The position numbers and the translations under genes were made by a program. The notes under the pieces were generated by a model. That model was not told the origin of the DNA. It saw nothing but the letters and a program-made list of their open reading frames with translations, and did not search any database. This document shows, in pieces, positions 44,151 through 53,251 of a DNA stretch of 64,000 nt; position 1 is the stretch's first letter, and each line of letters starts with the position of its first letter. This stretch comes from an uncultured Erythrobacter sp. (GTDB lineage: Bacteria; Pseudomonadota; Alphaproteobacteria; Sphingomonadales; Sphingomonadaceae), in the NCBI GenBank assembly GCA_963529855.1, contig CAURZK010000005.1:28759-92758 (forward strand). Direction: 5' to 3'.

Positions 44151-44813
44151 TTAGTCGATCGGTTCTGGAATCACGCGCAGATACGGTTTCTTCTCGTCCC
44201 AGCCAGCAGGATATTTTGCTTTCGCATCTTCGTCCGACAAGGAAGGCGGAATGATCACATCATCACCCTTCTGCCAATTAACCGGTGTCGCTACACCCTT
44301 GCGTTCGGTGAGTTGCACCGAATCCAGCAGCCGGAGCACTTCATCGAAATTCCGCCCGCTGCTCATCGGATAAAGCAGCATGGCGCGAATTTTCTTGTCT
44401 GGCCCGATGATATAGACAGCGCGGACGGTGGCGTTATCGGCTGCGGTTCGCCTCTCCGCATTACCCGCTTCGTCGGCCGGCAGCATATTATAAAGCTTGG
44501 CGACCTGAAGGTCGCTGTCGCCGACCACGGGATAGTCGACCTTATTTCCACTCACCTCCTCGATATCGGGAAGCCAATCGCGATTATCCTGGCTGCTGTC
44601 GACCGAAAGGCCAATAATCTTGGTGTCGCGTTTGGCAAATTCCTCGCCAAGCCCGGCCATATAACCAAGCTCGGTCGTGCAAACCGGTGTAAATGCCTTG
44701 GGATGGGAAAAGAGGATTGCCCAGCTGTCACCCATCCAATCATGGAAATGAATGCTGCCTTGTGTGGTCTGAGCTGTGAAATTGGGGGCTGTCGAGCCAA
44801 TGGAAAGGGTCAT
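44151..44813 (-). CDS. 1-Cys peroxiredoxin (Prx6-type)
   Basis: APNFTAQTTQGSIHFHDWMGDSWAILFSHPKAFTPVCTTELG. Start taken at ATG 44813. Confidence 0.9.
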   Translation of the reverse strand: MTLSIGSTAPNFTAQTTQGSIHFHDWMGDSWAILFSHPKAFTPVCTTELGYMAGLGEEFAKRDTKIIGLSVDSSQDNRDWLPDIEEVSGNKVDYPVVGDSDLQVAKLYNMLPADEAGNAERRTAADNATVRAVYIIGPDKKIRAMLLYPMSSGRNFDEVLRLLDSVQLTERKGVATPVNWQKGDDVIIPPSLSDEDAKAKYPAGWDEKKPYLRVIPEPID

Positions 44814-44948
44814 GTAAATACTCCTACTTATCTTGTGGGAACTCAAGGCGCATTTCTAGCCATGCTCTGAGAAAAATGCGGGTTCGACTTCGGCTTGACC
44901 TTGGTCCTCAAGGATGAACGCCAGAGCCGCTTTGCTCGGGTCAATCGG

Positions 44949-47513
44949 TCATACGACAAACCGATCCCAGCCCGCATAATGCTCACCGCTTCGCTTACCG
45001 CGAGGCAGGCTCAGTCCGATCAAGAGCAGTCCGACCCCAACCGAGGCCACCGTTCCGGCAGCCGAAGCCCCTGCAAGCATGAAGGGCGCTGCGACCAGCC
45101 AGGCACCGAATGCAGCGTTGATGAAGCGCAAGGCGCGCGCGACTTCCGCGGTCGCGATGATTGCCACCGTAATCACCAAAGCACCCACCACGTGATCGCT
45201 GTTGGCCATCGCCCCCTCGCTGCCAAGCGTTATCCTTGTCAGCATCAGCCACGCTCCCAGAGCCGTGCTGGCCACCAGGGTCCACGGGAAGGTCACGCCG
45301 CGCACCGTGTTCGTCCAGATCGAACGCGCGTCGGTCATATAGTCGGTATCGTCGATTTCACCGTTTGACACTGCGCCGCCCTTGAAGAAGGTACGAACGA
45401 GTGACTTGCCTTCCTTTTTCGACCAGTAGAGATACTGTCCCATGGCGATGACTTCATCGAGCGAGAACGGGATCATGATGAGCATCGCAAGCGCAGCAAT
45501 CAGAGCCGGCGTACTCCACGTCCCGATCATTATCGGCTGAATGATCACGAAATAGATACTGACCACACCGAGCGGAATGACCAGAATGCCGAAGAAGGTA
45601 ACCATCCACGGCATCGTGCGCCAGCGCGTGCGGGTTCCCATGACCGCCATTAGGATCTCGAGCACATAGCTGACCGCCCCTAGTCCGGCATCCGGGATCG
45701 GCCACGCCTTGGATACATCCGACGTGATGATTTCCTCGGTGCCGTTCTTGGGATCGCCAAGCGATCCGGAGAAAAACGGCTCCCACGCCACATCGATATG
45801 GCCAAGCTGGTAGGAGGTAAGCATGCGCGATATCAGAAGGCCGATGATGCCCATCGCCACGATCGGGAATCGCTGGGCATCGGTCGAGGGACTGTAGGTC
45901 CACCCGGGCGGGATGGACTTCTTGTCCATCATCCCTTCCATGCTCATGCCGGGCATCATTGGCACCAGCACCGAGAATGCGATCGCCAATGTACCAACCA
46001 GGAGATTGGTCAGATATTGGGCCGCGCTCGGACTCCAGAAGAACAAGGGCGCGAAAAGCAGCCAGATGCCGACAAAGGCCGTCGCCCACTGCCCCAACCA
46101 GGCGGTGCGCTTCGAAAGCGACATCGCGCCGAAGATCATCAATGCGATCCCGCTCAGCATATCGCTTAGGGCAAGAGCATTGGCCCGCCATTCGATCGAC
46201 GGCAAACCCCGCTCGAGAGTGACCGCTACGACCGAAGCACGCGCAGTATCGGCGGATACGACGTCATAAACACCAGGACTTGCAGCAAGCCACAGGCCAA
46301 GCCCGATGACAGCAAACTGCGTCCAACGGGTACCGCGCTGGGGGCCGTCCATGTCGTGCATGTTGCCGTCCATCTGGTGCCCATCATGAGCCATGTCGGT
46401 GTCATGCGATGGTAGTCGCGCCGGTTCGGTCTTCGCTGCATCCGAACTCTTTGGATGCCAGGCCACGCGGGACGTGTTCAGCTTGTTCGTTTCGTACCAG
46501 TCCTGCGGGTCGGCTTGCAACGCGTCGATGATGGTCGGAAGCGTTTCGCGGAGCGAGTGCTCTGGCTCCCACCCCAGCAGTTTCCGGGCGCGGGAGATAT
46601 CGAGAATGTAGTGAGCGTTTGCGTCATCGACCATCCATTGCTTGACGAATCCGTCATGACCGAGGACTTCTTCCTCGATCCACGTGCCCAGTTTCGCCAC
46701 GCTTTTTGGAATGCGCACTGTCGTCCATTCCTCGCCGTGGATCTGGCAATGAACGATGTCTTGAATCTCGGCGTATCCAAGCGTTTCGGGCTCTCCGACA
46801 AGTATCGGCATCTCGCCCTCGAGGTCAGTGCGATGAGCGATAGTCTGCTCGACCGCCTTGGTCAGATCGTCAAGATGCAGTGCCGACTGCGCAGCGCAAA
46901 GCATCCCCGGATACAGATGCGCCGACACGCGATGCTCATAGACACCGGCAATCTGTTCGGCGAGAAAGGCGGAGTGCCCCTCGTCGTCGTAAACCCCCGC
47001 AAATCGCAGGAATACAACCGGAATGTCGCCACGGTTCTCGCGCAGTACCTGTTCCGCATCGGCCTTCGATTGAGGGTAAGGCCAGGTCGGTCCAAGTGGA
47101 CTGGATTCGTCGATACGCTCGTCGGGCAGCTGTTTGGGCTCGTGAACAAGCATGGAGCTTGCATAGATGAACTGTTCGATGTCGAAGGCCTGCAGCGCCG
47201 TGATCAGGCGGCGTGAACCCTCGACGTTGACCTTCTCGTAGAGAGGATTGGACTCACCAGTAATGTCGAAATAAGCGGCGAGGTGAATGCAAGCGGCAAT
47301 TTCAGATCCAAAGTCGCTCCTGACCTGTTCGAGAGCAGTCGCAACAGACGCATCATCGCCGAGATCCATGCGATAGGACGCGGCGAGATCGGGATCGTCC
47401 TTCGCCGGAGAGCGGTCGAGACCGATCACGCGATAGGTGCGGCCGAGCCGCTTCGTGAGCGCGCGACCGATAAATCCGCTCGCGCCCGTGATCAGAATGA
47501 TTTGCTTGTCCAT
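44949..47513 (-). CDS. NAD-dependent epimerase/dehydratase (SDR) domain fused to a large polytopic membrane domain (SPW-repeat/VKOR-like?)
   Basis: N-terminal ILITGASGFIGRAL. The C-terminal ~500 aa have many TM segments with repeated xWLxxxP motifs (LWLAASPGVY, IWLLFAPLFFWSPS, AWLVAAPFML). Confidence 0.7.
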   Translation of the reverse strand: MDKQIILITGASGFIGRALTKRLGRTYRVIGLDRSPAKDDPDLAASYRMDLGDDASVATALEQVRSDFGSEIAACIHLAAYFDITGESNPLYEKVNVEGSRRLITALQAFDIEQFIYASSMLVHEPKQLPDERIDESSPLGPTWPYPQSKADAEQVLRENRGDIPVVFLRFAGVYDDEGHSAFLAEQIAGVYEHRVSAHLYPGMLCAAQSALHLDDLTKAVEQTIAHRTDLEGEMPILVGEPETLGYAEIQDIVHCQIHGEEWTTVRIPKSVAKLGTWIEEEVLGHDGFVKQWMVDDANAHYILDISRARKLLGWEPEHSLRETLPTIIDALQADPQDWYETNKLNTSRVAWHPKSSDAAKTEPARLPSHDTDMAHDGHQMDGNMHDMDGPQRGTRWTQFAVIGLGLWLAASPGVYDVVSADTARASVVAVTLERGLPSIEWRANALALSDMLSGIALMIFGAMSLSKRTAWLGQWATAFVGIWLLFAPLFFWSPSAAQYLTNLLVGTLAIAFSVLVPMMPGMSMEGMMDKKSIPPGWTYSPSTDAQRFPIVAMGIIGLLISRMLTSYQLGHIDVAWEPFFSGSLGDPKNGTEEIITSDVSKAWPIPDAGLGAVSYVLEILMAVMGTRTRWRTMPWMVTFFGILVIPLGVVSIYFVIIQPIMIGTWSTPALIAALAMLIMIPFSLDEVIAMGQYLYWSKKEGKSLVRTFFKGGAVSNGEIDDTDYMTDARSIWTNTVRGVTFPWTLVASTALGAWLMLTRITLGSEGAMANSDHVVGALVITVAIIATAEVARALRFINAAFGAWLVAAPFMLAGASAAGTVASVGVGLLLIGLSLPRGKRSGEHYAGWDRFVV

Positions 47514-47607
47514 TCAGAAAGCCTCGATGCCGTTTTTGAGTTATCTCCACTTGGTTACGCAGCGGATGGCAGCCACCCCTCAAGGGACGGCTGCCAATTC
47601 CTGTCGC

Positions 47608-48114
47608 TTAGCAGCAACCCGAAGACTTTTCGTCCGCGCGCGCTCGTGAGATTTCCTGAACGAGTTCGGCTGTCTTCGCATCCCTACCGGTTCGGGCGAT
47701 GTCGGCCTGGGACACCATACCGCAGCATTTTCCGTCATCGTCGATAACCGGTACGCGGCGTACCTGGCTGTTCTCCATCGAGGTCAGGCAGTCCTCGAGC
47801 GAGGTATCGGGGGTGACACTCACGACGGACCGGGTCATAACCTCTTCGATCCGCGTTTCTGCCGGCATGCCCTCTGCAACCGCGCGGCAGCACACGTCGC
47901 GATCTGTGATTACACCGACAAGACCGCCGTCGTCGTCGACGACCGGGATTTCACCGCAGTCATGTTCGACCATCAGCTTTGCTGCCTCCTGAAGGTTTTC
48001 ATCTTTCTTGCAGCAAGCTGGATCGCTGGTCATGATTTCGCTGATCTTCAAGTCTCTCTCCATTATGTTTGGCGTTGTGTCCGACACCGAGAAATCTTCG
48101 GGCGTGCGCCTCAA
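47608..48114 (-). CDS. CBS-domain pair protein
   Basis: ISEIMTSDPACC..GEIPVVDDDGGLVGVITDRD and EEVMTRSVVSV..RRVPVIDDDGKCCGMVSQADI. Confidence 0.8.
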   Translation of the reverse strand: MRRTPEDFSVSDTTPNIMERDLKISEIMTSDPACCKKDENLQEAAKLMVEHDCGEIPVVDDDGGLVGVITDRDVCCRAVAEGMPAETRIEEVMTRSVVSVTPDTSLEDCLTSMENSQVRRVPVIDDDGKCCGMVSQADIARTGRDAKTAELVQEISRARADEKSSGCC

Positions 48115-48492
48115 GAAGAATTTCCTGTCGAATCATCAGGTCGCAAACCTAGTGTTTGCCATCGTTGGAAGGTCAAGGGGTGGTCTGAGCCGATTAGAAC
48201 GCTGTGCGCCGGGCGAACTTCTTTCTTCTATTAGATAATCAACCCCGGAATGGAGTGGTGTTGCCACGCCGCAGGCTATTCTTTTGCGGTCGATGAAAGC
48301 CGCGCTTGACCTTCCAACGATGAGAAGGCGCATATTACCCTCGAAGCTTTGTTGGCGGATGATCACGGATTGCCTGCTCTTGCCCGTTCCATCGAACGCA
48401 AATTCGTAGCGACGACTGATCGGTCGGTAAGACGGCCATCTGGCGAACGGCGGGCGAGGCTTACTAGAATCGAAGACAGGAGAGAATGACCG

Positions 48493-49125
48493 ATGGCCTG
48501 GGGTATCGCCGCAGTGATGATCGTGATCGTGTCGTGGATCTTTTACCGGTATTTCGCGACAACCGGCTGGCGGGAATGGACTGGCGCAGGGCTCGTCCAA
48601 GCCTTCATAATCGCTCTTTATGCTGAAATGTTCGGCTTCCCTTTGACCGTATACCTTCTCATACGATCGTTCGGGATTGATCGGGAATATGTCAGCGCCA
48701 ATCTGTGGTCTACACTCGTGGGTCTGGGCGAAACCGGGATGTTTGTCTCGATGCTGATAGGCTACTCGCTAGCCTTCATCGGCGTGGGAATGTTCATTCA
48801 CGGATGGCGCGCGGTCTATAGGGCGCGTCACGACGAACGGCTTGTCACCGATGGACTATATCGTTTCGTACGGCACCCGCAGTATACCGGGTTGTTTCTC
48901 GCCCTGTTCGGAGAAGGCGTCATTCATTGGCCGACAATCTTTTCGGTCGTTCTCTTCCCGGTCATCGTGCTCGCCTACTATCTTCTCGCGCGCAAGGAAG
49001 AACGCGGCATGATCCGTAAATTTGGCGACGAGTATCGCGCTTATATGCGCAAGGTTCCAATGCTGCTGCCACGCCCCCGTCGTTGGAAAGAGCTGGCCAA
49101 GAAATCGCAGCAGCCAAGAAGCTAA
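48493..49125 (+). CDS. Isoprenylcysteine carboxyl / phospholipid methyltransferase-family membrane protein
   Basis: LVTDGLYRFVRHPQYTGLFLALFG, multiple TMs, RBS AGGAGAG. Confidence 0.75.
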   Translation: MAWGIAAVMIVIVSWIFYRYFATTGWREWTGAGLVQAFIIALYAEMFGFPLTVYLLIRSFGIDREYVSANLWSTLVGLGETGMFVSMLIGYSLAFIGVGMFIHGWRAVYRARHDERLVTDGLYRFVRHPQYTGLFLALFGEGVIHWPTIFSVVLFPVIVLAYYLLARKEERGMIRKFGDEYRAYMRKVPMLLPRPRRWKELAKKSQQPRS

Positions 49126-49309
49126 CAGGACCTGGACCGAGCGCCAACTCTGAATACCCATATCAAGAGAAACGGCGCTGGACCCGGCGAACGTTAGGCG
49201 TGAAATTTCGGGGTGGAGGATAATTGTCCTGCACCTGCCTGCGCGTCCTTCATACAGAGAAGTTTAGGGGTCTTCCGTGCCTTTAACGGCTGATGTCTAA
49301 TGGGCCGTC

Positions 49310-49340
49310 TTGACCTTCCCATGATGGGAAGGACTACATT
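49310..49340 (+). promoter_or_regulatory. MerR/CueR-type promoter with 19-bp spacer and perfect dyad
   Basis: TTGACC (49310-49315), a 19-nt spacer containing CCTTCCC-ATGAT-GGGAAGG, then TACATT (49335-49340). Confidence 0.75.
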
Positions 49341-49371
49341 GTGGGTCGAACCTAAATCTGCCGCTGCGGAG

Positions 49372-50871
49372 ATGCTCTCTATGCAATCAAAAGAATCACG
49401 ATTGACGCGCCGCGCGGTCCTCGCCGGTTCCGGTGCTCTGGCCATTGGCGGCGGATTGGCCGCCGTTCTGGGAGCCGGAGGTAGAACTCCGGTGGGTGCC
49501 AGCACACCCGCCGGTCGCCGCGTCCTCAAGGCCGGAACGACCAGCGCGCCACTTATCGACAAAGCCTTTCAAATACCGGTGTGGGGTTACAATGGCTCGG
49601 TACCGGCTCCTGCTCTCAGGGTTGGGCAGGGAGAGGCCTTCGAGGTCCTGCTGGAAAACGCTCTGGATGAGGAGACAACCATCCATTGGCACGGCGTTCG
49701 TGTTCCCAACGCGATGGATGGCGTTCCCCACCTCACCCAGCCCCCCGTGGAGCCCGGCGAAAGGTTCAGATATGCCTTTACGCCGGAGGATGCGGGCACT
49801 TTCTGGTACCATCCCCATCAGCGCAGCTTCGAGCAGGTCGGTCGCGGCCTCTACGGACCGCTCATTATCGAAGAGGCAGATCCGCCGCAGGTCGATCGCG
49901 ACCTCGTCTGGATGCTCGACGACTGGCGGCTCAATGACCAGGGGCAAATAAGTGGAGGGTTCGGCAGTCGGCACGACGCGATGATGGCAGGCCGGATCGG
50001 CAACACGATCACTATCAACGGAAAGCCGGCGGCACCACTGATCGCGAGGCCGAATGAGCGGATCAGGCTGCGGCTCGTGAACGCTGCCAATGCCCGCATC
50101 TTCGGGCTCGATTTCGGTGACCTCGATCCAATGGTCGTCGCGCTCGACGGCCAACCCGTCGAGCCTCACCGCCTAAGCGCGCCCCTGCTTCTCGGGCCGG
50201 CAATGCGGGCGGACCTGATCGTCGATTTCGATTATCCCGCCGGGACCCGGCATTCACTGCGCGATGTGTTCTATGATGGACTGGAATACGAACTCACCAC
50301 ATTCGAGTGTCAGGGCAAAGAGGTCAGGGAAAGACGTCTGCCCGATCCAGCGCCGCTGCCCCCTAACCCTCTCGCCGAACCCGAACTGGCAACGGCCGAG
50401 CGTCACCGGATCATATTCGGTGGCGGGATGATGGGCATGATGGGGCGAACAGCCAGCGGCTCTGACGCGAGGAACGAACAACGAACCGGCTCCGGCATGA
50501 TGATGGAGCGGATGGGAGGTTCGGGAATGATGTCCGGAGGAATGATGGGCTGGACCGTCAACGGTGTTTCGGCGAGCGGCCATGTTCACGATCCGATTAT
50601 TTCCGCCGCGCGAGGGACCACGCTTCTCCTCGACATGACCAATGAGACTGCGTGGTGGCACCCGATCCATCTGCATGGCCACAGTTTCCGTGTCTTGTCG
50701 CGCAATGGACAGCCGACACAATATCGCGAGTGGCAGGATACCGTGCTCATGGCGCCCGAAGAGCGCGTCGAGATCGCATTCGTAGCGGACAACCCGGGCG
50801 ACTGGATGTTCCATTGCCATATTCTCGAACACCAGGCCGCAGGAATGATGGCCACCATTCAAGTTAACTGA
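49372..50871 (+). CDS. Multicopper oxidase (CopA/PcoA-like), Tat-exported
   Basis: Tat signal SRLTRRAVLAG, copper sites HWHG, WYHPH, HPIHLHGH, HCHILEHQAAGMM, and a Met-rich insert GGGMMGMMG..GSGMMSGGMMG. Start moved to ATG 49372 because the promoter lies inside the track ORF. Confidence 0.9.
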   Translation: MLSMQSKESRLTRRAVLAGSGALAIGGGLAAVLGAGGRTPVGASTPAGRRVLKAGTTSAPLIDKAFQIPVWGYNGSVPAPALRVGQGEAFEVLLENALDEETTIHWHGVRVPNAMDGVPHLTQPPVEPGERFRYAFTPEDAGTFWYHPHQRSFEQVGRGLYGPLIIEEADPPQVDRDLVWMLDDWRLNDQGQISGGFGSRHDAMMAGRIGNTITINGKPAAPLIARPNERIRLRLVNAANARIFGLDFGDLDPMVVALDGQPVEPHRLSAPLLLGPAMRADLIVDFDYPAGTRHSLRDVFYDGLEYELTTFECQGKEVRERRLPDPAPLPPNPLAEPELATAERHRIIFGGGMMGMMGRTASGSDARNEQRTGSGMMMERMGGSGMMSGGMMGWTVNGVSASGHVHDPIISAARGTTLLLDMTNETAWWHPIHLHGHSFRVLSRNGQPTQYREWQDTVLMAPEERVEIAFVADNPGDWMFHCHILEHQAAGMMATIQVN

Positions 50872-50887
50872 AAGAAAGGAAAAACTG

Positions 50888-51334
50888 ATGCGTTTGTTAC
50901 CCAAGGTCTTGATGTCGTTTTCGGCCCTCGCGCTGCTGCCCTCGGCCGCGGCGGCACAGGAAGCAAGACCGTTTGCCACGATCTTCAAGAACCCTCAGTG
51001 TAGTTGCTGTGAAAGCTACGGCGACTATCTCGAAGCCAGCGGATATGAGGTGAAGATGGTCGCGACCCACGACCTCGCCCTAATCAAGGAACGCCAGGGT
51101 GTGCCCGCCGGGCTCGAGGGATGCCATACGATGCTCATCGGCGGCTACTTCGTCGATGGACATGTGCCGGCCGACAGCGTTGACCGCCTGCTGGAGGAAC
51201 GTCCGCGAATTTCAGGCATCACGCTTCCCGGCATGCCTGCAGGTTCGCCGGGCATGGGCGGTGCCAAGACAGGCACGTGGACGATTACGGGCGTAAGAGC
51301 GGATGGTGCCACGAGCGTCTTTGCGCGATACTGA
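50888..51334 (+). CDS. DUF411 (CopG-type) metal-binding periplasmic protein
   Basis: Signal peptide, CSCCESY, GCHTMLIGGYFVDGHVP, GMPAGSPGM. Confidence 0.85.
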   Translation: MRLLPKVLMSFSALALLPSAAAAQEARPFATIFKNPQCSCCESYGDYLEASGYEVKMVATHDLALIKERQGVPAGLEGCHTMLIGGYFVDGHVPADSVDRLLEERPRISGITLPGMPAGSPGMGGAKTGTWTITGVRADGATSVFARY

Positions 51335-51348
51335 GCACCGTCCGAAGC

Positions 51349-51807
51349 CTAGCAAACGCGCTCGAAGCCAAACTTGTGACCAACGTCCTTGGGACGAGCC
51401 GGATTGGCATCGTCAGCGAGGTCCTTGAGGATGGGACAGTCGGGACGTTTGTCATTCGTGCAATTCTCGAAAAGATGTTCGAGCGCGTCTATCATCGAAT
51501 GGATTTCGGCAGCCTTCGACCGCAGGGCGGCAAGATGGCCATCCGCCACTCGGCGCACGTCCTTGCTCGCGCGGGTGTCGTTTTTCCATAAATCGAGCAG
51601 TTCGGAGATATCGTCGACCGAAAAGCCCAGATTGCGGGCGCGCCGCACAAACCGGAGTGTATGAATATCTGCCGGAGTGTAGAGGCGGTACCCGGCATCG
51701 GTCCGGTCCGCCGCCTCGATCAAACCGATCTTTTCATAATGTCGGATCATCTTGGCAGAAACCCCGCTCGCTGCGGCCGCCTCGCCAATCGTGTGTGAAT
51801 GTTTCAT
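51349..51807 (-). CDS. cueR: Cu(I)-responsive MerR-family regulator (CueR/HmrR-like)
   Basis: HTIGEAAAASGVSAKMIRHYEKIGLI and the C-terminal metal loop CTNDKRPDCP. Confidence 0.9.
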   Translation of the reverse strand: MKHSHTIGEAAAASGVSAKMIRHYEKIGLIEAADRTDAGYRLYTPADIHTLRFVRRARNLGFSVDDISELLDLWKNDTRASKDVRRVADGHLAALRSKAAEIHSMIDALEHLFENCTNDKRPDCPILKDLADDANPARPKDVGHKFGFERVC

Positions 51808-51882
51808 GCGGGCGCTTTAACCTTCCAATGATGGGAATGCAAGGTGGCTGGCTGAAAGCCGAGAAAATCTCCACAAAATGCC

Positions 51883-51913
51883 TTGACCTTCCAATGATGG
51901 GAAGCCCTATCTT
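51883..51913 (+). promoter_or_regulatory. Second MerR/CueR-type promoter with 19-bp spacer
   Basis: TTGACC (51883-51888), a 19-nt spacer with dyad CCTTCCAATGATGGGAAGC, then TATCTT (51908-51913). Lies 34 nt upstream of ATG 51947. Confidence 0.7.
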
Positions 51914-51946
51914 CTTCGTATTGGTTGATTCGATGAAGGAAAAGAA

Positions 51947-52213
51947 ATGAACATTCCGTCGTCCCGGGCCCTGGTGCCGGTCACCGCCATTTCCGCACGC
52001 TCCAATACCGATGCGAAAGGCCTCTGTTCTGCCGGTAAAGGCCGACAGCGCAAGTGGATGCTCGCCCTTGGTGTCGTTCTGGCATTGGCCGCGCTGGCGC
52101 TTGGCTCGATGTGGTTGGGCTTCGCAGCCATTCTTCCGTTTCTTTATGTACTGCCCTGCCTGGCAATGGTCGCCATGTGCATGCGCAAGAGCGGAACGTC
52201 GACCGAAACCTGA
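51947..52213 (+). CDS. Small Cys/Met-containing membrane protein (DUF2933-like?)
   Basis: RBS GAAGGAAAAG. Two TMs, with ..LPFLYVLPCLAMVAMCMRK. Confidence 0.45.
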   Translation: MNIPSSRALVPVTAISARSNTDAKGLCSAGKGRQRKWMLALGVVLALAALALGSMWLGFAAILPFLYVLPCLAMVAMCMRKSGTSTET

Positions 52214-52298
52214 AAACCCGTGCCGAATTCGCTCGTGCGCCGAAGCATGAAGGACGGAGCGAAGCCGAAGGCATCAATAATTTGAAAGGAAAGATCAT

Positions 52299-52589
52299 AT
52301 GAACACTTTTAAGATGACCGCACTCGGCGCGCTCGCGACGGTTGGCCTCGCAACGACGGCCGTCGCGCAGCCCAAGGTCGATCACCGTCCCGACAGAGCC
52401 CAAAACACGCAGGAGCAGCAGCGCGCAGAAATGCGGGGCGGAATGCAAGGCGATATGAGGGAGATGTCCGGCATGATGGCCATGATGAACGATCCGGAGA
52501 TGCGCGCCGAAATGATGGAAATGATGCGTAACTGCAATGAAATGATGAAAAAGAAGCGCGAGCAGATGGCGCAAGGCGAAGCAGGCTGA
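52299..52589 (+). CDS. Secreted Met-rich protein (candidate periplasmic Cu(I) binder)
   Basis: Signal peptide ..TTAVAQP. The mature part has ~20% Met (MRGGMQGDMREMSGMMAMMNDPEMRAEMMEMMRNCNEMM). RBS AAAGGAAAG. Confidence 0.55.
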   Translation: MNTFKMTALGALATVGLATTAVAQPKVDHRPDRAQNTQEQQRAEMRGGMQGDMREMSGMMAMMNDPEMRAEMMEMMRNCNEMMKKKREQMAQGEAG

Positions 52590-52783
52590 AGCCTGAGTTC
52601 CAGTATGTCTGACGCTTCAACCAGTCCCCCCACCTGCCCCGCATGAACCTGCGGGGCAGGACCCTTCTGTTATAAGGCCAATGCAAACGCTATGACGATA
52701 GTCCGCCAGGATAGAACGATGGGGCGCCGCGCGGTGGCGGCAAACCTGCGCTTGCCGGTGACGGCTCGTTTCCGTATTGTGGG

Positions 52784-53128
52784 ATGATGCGAATGCTGCG
52801 CGCTCTCGGCCTTATCTTGGTTGGCGTTGGACTCTTTGTTCAAACGGCAGCTCATGCGTCGGCGCTTCCCCAGGAGCCGAGCATGGTCGAGCGCAATTGC
52901 AACGACATGGTCATGGACACCACCGACGACGAGGCTGAAAGATCGCCGTGCGCCGACCTGCGGCTCGATTGCCTGGTTGCCCTTGGCTGCATTCCGCCGC
53001 TTGTCATGACTCAAGACCTCGCGGTTGTGAGGGTACCGCTGGCGGTCGCTAGCCAGTTTACCGATCTCGCTTTCTTCGAGTTGACTGGCACCGGCGCAGG
53101 GCCGGAACCGCCCCCTCCGCAAGCCTAG
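52784..53128 (+). CDS. Hypothetical secreted protein upstream of the RND operon
   Basis: Signal-like N-terminus LGLILVGVGLFVQTAAHA. No recognised motif. Confidence 0.3.
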   Translation: MMRMLRALGLILVGVGLFVQTAAHASALPQEPSMVERNCNDMVMDTTDDEAERSPCADLRLDCLVALGCIPPLVMTQDLAVVRVPLAVASQFTDLAFFELTGTGAGPEPPPPQA

Positions 53129-53251
53129 AAACCTGGAATTGATGCAGATATAGCTCTGCAGGCTATGGCTGGACATTTTGCGCGCGCGAAGGATGTGCGC
53201 GAACTGTCTCGAACGCGCGCTCGCCGCGCCCTTTAGCGGAATCCTACTGTC

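Noticed and set aside
44034-44870. 278-aa plus-strand ORF overlapping the peroxiredoxin gene
   Set aside because: It is antisense to an unambiguous Prx (FTPVCTTELG motif) and has no recognisable features.
51817-51841. Degenerate CueR dyad as an independent plus-strand promoter
   Set aside because: With a 19-nt spacer the -10 would be AGGTGG, which is poor. It is kept only as a possible cueR autoregulatory site.
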